From assembly GCA_937905925.1 (NCBI GenBank), contig CALCXO010000029.1:102561-166560 (forward strand): a DNA stretch of 64,000 bases, in the 5' to 3' direction. Every line of letters starts with the position of its first letter. Within the stretch, counting starts at the first letter, position 1. The stretch is from an uncultured Atopobium sp. (GTDB lineage Bacteria; Actinomycetota; Coriobacteriia; Coriobacteriales; Atopobiaceae). A program made the translations under genes and the position numbers. The notes beneath the pieces were generated by a model that saw only the letters and a program-made list of their open reading frames with translations, made no database searches and was not told the DNA's origin. Below, piece by piece: positions 59,573-64,000 of this stretch.

Positions 59573-60142
59573 TTAACAGAAGTCCGAGAAATTCGCACAG
59601 CTCTCAAGCACTTTTACCACCCGCTCAAGACCTGCGAGGTCTTCCTGAGTGAATCGAGCCACGCTCGGACTATCAATATCCAGCACGCCAACTATTTGGC
59701 CATCCTTGAAGATAGGAACGACCACCTCAGAGTTTGATACAGACTCGCATGCAATATGTCCTGAGAACTGATGCACGTCCTCTATCAGCTGACTTGTCCT
59801 TGTTGCCGCGGCAGTACCGCACACTCCCCGTCCAAAGGGAATGCGCACGCAGGCAACTTTGCCCTGGAACGGTCCCAGGCGCAGCTCAGGAGTGCACGGC
59901 TCGTGGTCGCTCGGGGCCGCGCCCGGCTCCACGCCCGAACCCGCGTCCGGCTCCGCATCCGGGGCTACGTCCGGCTCCGCTCCCGACACCGTCACAGAAT
60001 CTACCAGGTAGAACCCCACCCAGTTGACGTCGTCGAGCGCGTCCCACAGAAGAGCTGCGACGTTGGACAACACCGGCAGCCAGTGAGCGTCAACCTCGGC
60101 AAGCGAGACAATCTGTTTTGCAAGTAAACCGTAGTCAGTCAT
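59573..60142 (-). CDS. GAF-domain free methionine-(R)-sulfoxide reductase-like protein (YebR/MsrC family) with an internal low-complexity insertion
   Basis: ...NWVGFYLV...LGPFQGKVACVRIPFGRGVCGTAA...HIACESVSNSEVVVPI...GVLDIDS, characteristic of fRMsr. Confidence 0.75.
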   Translation of the reverse strand: MTDYGLLAKQIVSLAEVDAHWLPVLSNVAALLWDALDDVNWVGFYLVDSVTVSGAEPDVAPDAEPDAGSGVEPGAAPSDHEPCTPELRLGPFQGKVACVRIPFGRGVCGTAAATRTSQLIEDVHQFSGHIACESVSNSEVVVPIFKDGQIVGVLDIDSPSVARFTQEDLAGLERVVKVLESCANFSDFC

Positions 60143-60144
60143 GT

Positions 60145-60513
60145 TTACTTCTCTGGCAGAATCTCAATCCAGCAGCCATCAGGGTCTGCGATAAAGTAGA
60201 GTCCCATCTTTGGGTTCTCTTTAACAATACAGCCCATCTCCTCGTGAAGCGCGTGGAACGCATCAAAATCGTCAACGCGGAACGCAATGTGAGTGTCTTT
60301 TCCGCCGTTGTCGTAAGGCTCCACCCAACCGCGGTTCCACGTGAGCTCCAGCTCAAAAGGAGACCAGTCGTTTACCAAAAACGTGTTAGTCCAAGAGCCG
60401 TCCTCTGGTCCCTTAACGCGGTCAACACGGAATCCCAAAGCCTTCTTGTAAAACTCGACGGTTTTCTCGTTATCCAAAACATGAGTGCAGCGGTGAACAA
60501 AACGTGCCTGCAT
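60145..60513 (-). CDS. VOC-family protein (glyoxalase I-like)
   Basis: 122 aa with HRCTHVLDNEKTVEFYKKALGF...HIAFRVDD...DPDGCWIEI. GGAGGATTT precedes the ATG. Confidence 0.8.
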   Translation of the reverse strand: MQARFVHRCTHVLDNEKTVEFYKKALGFRVDRVKGPEDGSWTNTFLVNDWSPFELELTWNRGWVEPYDNGGKDTHIAFRVDDFDAFHALHEEMGCIVKENPKMGLYFIADPDGCWIEILPEK

Positions 60514-60624
60514 AAATCCTCCTTTGATATCGAGAAACCCCGCAACTAGACGGGGTTTCTCGCCATGTGAACTACGTGCTGGTAAAGCGCTTGCGAGCGG
60601 AAATCGCGCCCGTAGCCGTCGCGC

Positions 60625-62418
60625 CTAGTTGAGCTCCTGCTCAAGCTGATCGACAAGCTCGCCGAAGTACTTGAGCGCAGCGTTAACGGGGTCTGGAGTG
60701 GCCATGTCAACGCCAGCGCCGCGGAGCAGCTCAATTGGAGTCTTGGAGCAACCACCGGACAGGTAGCCAATGTAGTCCTTGACCGCAGGCTCACCCTCAG
60801 AAAGGATGCGCTGAGACAGGGCAATAGCTGCCGAGAAACCAATGCAGTACTGATAGACGTAGAAGTTGTAGTAGAAGTGAGGGATGCGCGACCACTCCAG
60901 CTTGATCTCTTCGTCCAGCTCAATGCCAGGTCCAAAGTACTCTGCGCAGAGCTTGCCGTAGCGCTCAGAGAGAACCTCGGCGTTCAGAGCCACACCGTCA
61001 GCATTCATCTGGCTGATGTCGCGCTCAAACTCTGCAAACATGCACTGGCGATAGATGGTGCCACGGAAGCCCTCAAGGAAGTGGTTGAGGATGTACGCGT
61101 GGCGAGCAGGATCCGTCTCGTGCTCAAGCAAGTAGTGCGAGAGCAGCGCCTCGTTGCAGGTAGATGCAACCTCTGCGACAAAGATGGAGTAATCAGAGTA
61201 GGTAATCTCCTGGTTGTGGGACGAGAAATACGTGTGCAGGGAGTGGCCCATCTCGTGAATAAGGGTGTAGACGTCGTCAAGGCCGCCCTGGAAGTTGAGG
61301 AGCATAACAGGGTTCATACCCTTACCACCTGCGGAATAAGCACCGGAGCGCTTACCTGGGGTTTCGTACACGTCAACCCAACGGCTCTCAAGGCCCTTCT
61401 TGACCAGGCTGACGTACTCCTCACCCATAGGTGCCAGCGCCTTAACAATAAGGTCGCAAGCCTCCTCGTAAGTGAACTTCATATCAACGTCATCAACAAG
61501 AGGAGTGTAGACGTCCCAGAAGTGCAGCTCATCCAAGCCCATGACACGCTTGCGCAGGTCAACATACTTGTAGAACGCTGGGAAGTTCTGGTGAACGGCA
61601 TCGATGAGGTTGTTGTAGACCTCAACAGGAATCTCGTTCTCTGCAAGAGCAGCCTCAAGGGAGCTTGCATACTTTCTAGATGACGAGAAGAACTGCAGGT
61701 TCTTAACCTGACTGGTCAGAATTGCAGCGGAGGTGTTACGGAACTCGCCAAAACGGCTGTAAAGCTGCTTGAATGCGGACTCGCGCAGGACGCGGTCAGC
61801 ATCCATCAGCAGAGGAACAAATGAACCGCTGGTCAGCTTATGGGTCTTACCCTCAGAATCAACTGCGTCATCGAAGGTAAGGTCCGCGTCATCAAACATG
61901 GAGAAGATGTTGGTTGGCTGAACAGCAAGCTCTTCAGCGCGCGCCAAAAGAGCCTCTTCCTCAGCAGAAAGGGTGTGCTCACGCTGGTTCAAGATCTTGT
62001 TGAGCTTACGACGATAAAACTCAAGAGCTGGAACCTCTGCATAGAACTTCTCGACAGATTCTGCTGGAATTGTAAGAAGCTCTGCGGCAAACCAAGAAGT
62101 TGCCTCGCCAACCTGGGTATATGCGCTGGTAGCGTTTGCGACGTATGCCTGGTACTTGGCAACGCGGGTATCCTCGTCACTCTTGCGCTCTGCGTAGTTG
62201 ATAATCTTGTAGAGCAGAAGGTTCATCTGGTCCTCAAGCTGCAGAAACTCCAGAAGAGCCTGAGCAGAGGTAGAAATCTTGCCCTTGAACGCAAGCAGCT
62301 TTGGGCAGTAAGCCTTAAGCTCCTCGAGCCCAGCCTCAAATGCCTCATCGCTAGGGAACATTGAGGACAGGTCCCACTTATATTTGCTGTCAATTTCTTC
62401 GCGAGACTCGTATGCCAT
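60625..62418 (-). CDS. pepF: Oligoendopeptidase F (M3B)
   Basis: 597 aa with the zinc motif HEMGHSLH and PepF-like length and sequence. Confidence 0.9.
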   Translation of the reverse strand: MAYESREEIDSKYKWDLSSMFPSDEAFEAGLEELKAYCPKLLAFKGKISTSAQALLEFLQLEDQMNLLLYKIINYAERKSDEDTRVAKYQAYVANATSAYTQVGEATSWFAAELLTIPAESVEKFYAEVPALEFYRRKLNKILNQREHTLSAEEEALLARAEELAVQPTNIFSMFDDADLTFDDAVDSEGKTHKLTSGSFVPLLMDADRVLRESAFKQLYSRFGEFRNTSAAILTSQVKNLQFFSSSRKYASSLEAALAENEIPVEVYNNLIDAVHQNFPAFYKYVDLRKRVMGLDELHFWDVYTPLVDDVDMKFTYEEACDLIVKALAPMGEEYVSLVKKGLESRWVDVYETPGKRSGAYSAGGKGMNPVMLLNFQGGLDDVYTLIHEMGHSLHTYFSSHNQEITYSDYSIFVAEVASTCNEALLSHYLLEHETDPARHAYILNHFLEGFRGTIYRQCMFAEFERDISQMNADGVALNAEVLSERYGKLCAEYFGPGIELDEEIKLEWSRIPHFYYNFYVYQYCIGFSAAIALSQRILSEGEPAVKDYIGYLSGGCSKTPIELLRGAGVDMATPDPVNAALKYFGELVDQLEQELN

Positions 62419-62571
62419 GAGCCTTCCTTTCTTGACCGGTTAGTATTCACTGGTATTTAGTGTCCCACATACACGCTGATTTCATGCTGATAACAACAAA
62501 AAATGAACCCATTTGATACAAATCATCAAACGAACGTGTTGCAATGCCTGAACTTCCCTGACGGCCTGCGA

Positions 62572-63171
62572 CTATCCTATCTTCCACCCTTCCGCCTCGG
62601 CACGTGCCTCAACGAAGCGCCTGTACACACCTTCTTGCGCGAGAAGCTCCTCATGGGTCCCCCTCTGGATGACGGTACCGTCCTCTACCACAAGGATCTG
62701 GTCGGCATGTTCGATAGTCGCAAGTCTGTGTGCTATGACCACCACGGTCTTCTCGCGCGTAAGTTCCGTAAGTGCCTGTTGGATAAGCTGTTCGTTCTCC
62801 GGATCGATCGAAGCCGTCGCCTCGTCAAGCACCACGATAGGGGCATCCTTGAGCAACGCCCGGGCAATCGAGATGCGCTGGCGCTCTCCCCCGGAAAGGC
62901 TTGCGCCTCCCTCGCCCACAATCGTGTCATAACCGTTGGGCAGGGCGCTGATAAAATCGTGACACCGTGCGCGTTTGGCAGCTTCGACCACCTGCTCATG
63001 CGTTGCGCCGGCAGTCCCAAACGCAATGTTGGCCTCCAGGGTGTCATTGAACAGGTAGACATCTTGGAACACCATCGAGAAATTCCTCAACAGGCTGTCC
63101 ACTGTGAATTCACGGACGTCGTGGCCGCCGACACGCACCGCCCCACTATCGACGTCGTAGAAGCGCGCCAT
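62572..63171 (-). pseudogene. 5'-truncated ABC exporter gene: C-terminal two-thirds of an NBD only
   Basis: Begins at ...MARFYDVDSGAVRVGG, the segment immediately after a Walker A. Q-loop, LSGGERQR, Walker B VVLDEATASID and H-loop IAHRL are present. No Walker A and no membrane domain. Only 53 nt separate it from the upstream ABC stop. Confidence 0.6.
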
Positions 63172-63224
63172 AAGGCTGAATATATTGCAGGAAAGCCGAC
63201 CAGAGTCTCTAAGAGGGAAAGGGT

Positions 63225-64000
63225 TCAGAGTTCCCGGACCTCATCGCATACGGCGAGAAGCTCCTCATCGTGAGACACAACGATTACCAGGTGGTCCTTA
63301 CGAAAGTCCTTGAGGAGGTCAATGAGATGGCTCCGACTTGCCGCATCAAGTGCCGAAGTTGGCTCGTCAAGCAACATCACCTCTGGGTCTTTGAGGAGCA
63401 TGCGGATGATAGCGATCTTCTGTTTCTCCCCTCCTGACAACGCAACACGATGTGCATCAATGACGCTCTGCAATCCCCTGTCTGGTGAGAGGAACTTCTG
63501 AAGTCCAAACAAGTTGACAAGCTGCAAAACCCTATCTTCACTGGGCATCTTGTTGCACAGAAGCGTCAAGTTGTTCCACAGGGTATCTTGGAGAATTGTC
63601 GGCTCTTGCTCAACAATGCCGATGACGTCGTGCCTGAGGGCGTATTGGTCAAGCGTTGCAAGGTCGGTATTGCCATAGTATATGGATCCGTCATACAGGC
63701 TGAAATATTCCCCCGAGAGAAGCTTCAAAAGCGTACTCTTGCCACATCCATTGGTACCTGCCAAGGCATAGATCTTTCCCGCTTGAAAGCGCCCGCTCAC
63801 TCCACGGAGGGTCCTGTTTTTATTCCCTGGATATGAAAAGGCCACATCGTCGCAGGTAATCAGGCTGGTGTCCGTAGGAACTCCGGAACCGTTCGGCTCC
63901 TCTTCCTCATCCCAAAGCTCTTGTAATCTGTTGTAGTTCACGCGGGCGCTCTGGTAGTCGCGGCCAAACTGCTCAAAGTACTCGACGGATGTAACCATGG
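63225..64000 (-). CDS. ABC transporter permease/ATP-binding half-transporter (5' part outside the window)
   Basis: NBD with GTNGCGKST, LSGGEKQKIAIIRMLL and LLDEPTSALD. A clear paralogue of 29674-31314 over the whole NBD. The frame is open to the window edge. Confidence 0.85.
   Translation of the reverse strand, partial: MVTSVEYFEQFGRDYQSARVNYNRLQELWDEEEEPNGSGVPTDTSLITCDDVAFSYPGNKNRTLRGVSGRFQAGKIYALAGTNGCGKSTLLKLLSGEYFSLYDGSIYYGNTDLATLDQYALRHDVIGIVEQEPTILQDTLWNNLTLLCNKMPSEDRVLQLVNLFGLQKFLSPDRGLQSVIDAHRVALSGGEKQKIAIIRMLLKDPEVMLLDEPTSALDAASRSHLIDLLKDFRKDHLVIVVSHDEELLAVCDEVREL

Noticed and set aside
62503-63273. 256-aa plus-strand ORF across the ABC fragment
   Set aside because: It is antisense to clear ABC NBD motifs (LSGGERQR, Walker B) on the minus strand.

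Overview
This is a bacterial chromosomal window with mid-to-high G+C. Gene content and order suggest an Actinomycetota or Coriobacteriia-like organism, but that is a soft inference. The translation and transcription core dominates, and almost all of it lies on the minus strand. Reading the minus strand from high to low coordinates: a partial ABC exporter with a 5'-truncated partner; pepF; a VOC protein; a GAF/fRMsr protein; an FMN reductase; a Tat-lipoprotein serine hydrolase on the plus strand, facing a murR-murQ-murP-mupG MurNAc salvage operon; two nitroreductases and mgtA (plus strand); rbsK and a nucleoside hydrolase; an mleS/mleP-like pair (plus strand); a SpeE-like methyltransferase (plus strand); tatA, greA, lysS, clpC, disA, ispD, ispF; an AT-rich ABC exporter (plus strand); cysS, an rlmB-like gene, yacP; tRNA-Thr; then tRNA-Tyr, tRNA-Thr, tRNA-Met, tuf, rpmG, tRNA-Trp, secE, nusG, rplK, rplA, rplJ, rplL, rpoB, rpoC; an AT-rich arsR-GNAT-CPBP insert; rpsL-rpsG-fusA-rpsJ; an LMW phosphatase; and rplC-rplD-rplW-rplB-rpsS-rplV-rpsC, where the last gene is cut by the window edge. 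I found no CRISPR array, rRNA, prophage, transposase or recognisable defence system. The observations worth a second look are: (1) RpoC has a roughly 218-aa C-terminal extension containing an RNAP-alpha-CTD-like helix-hairpin-helix domain and an acidic tail. (2) The intergenic space holds a layered set of repeats: four copies of a ~120-bp element with terminal inverted repeats, a second family with the same termini, two 188-bp AT-rich MITE-like elements, a 5 x 24-bp tandem array, and a dispersed GGGTTTCTCGCC motif. (3) An exact 11-mer, GATACGCCCGG, sits just upstream of a TTGAC hexamer at three translation-apparatus loci. (4) Two visibly AT-rich insertions sit at otherwise conserved operon junctions: arsR-GNAT-CPBP between rpoC and rpsL, and an ABC half-transporter between cysS and ispF. 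(5) The S10 operon is split after rpsJ by a hairpin, a repeat element and a phosphatase gene that has an 18-bp tandem repeat at its 5' end. All calls come from reading the sequence and the ORF translations. No database search or numerical computation was run, and composition statements are by eye.
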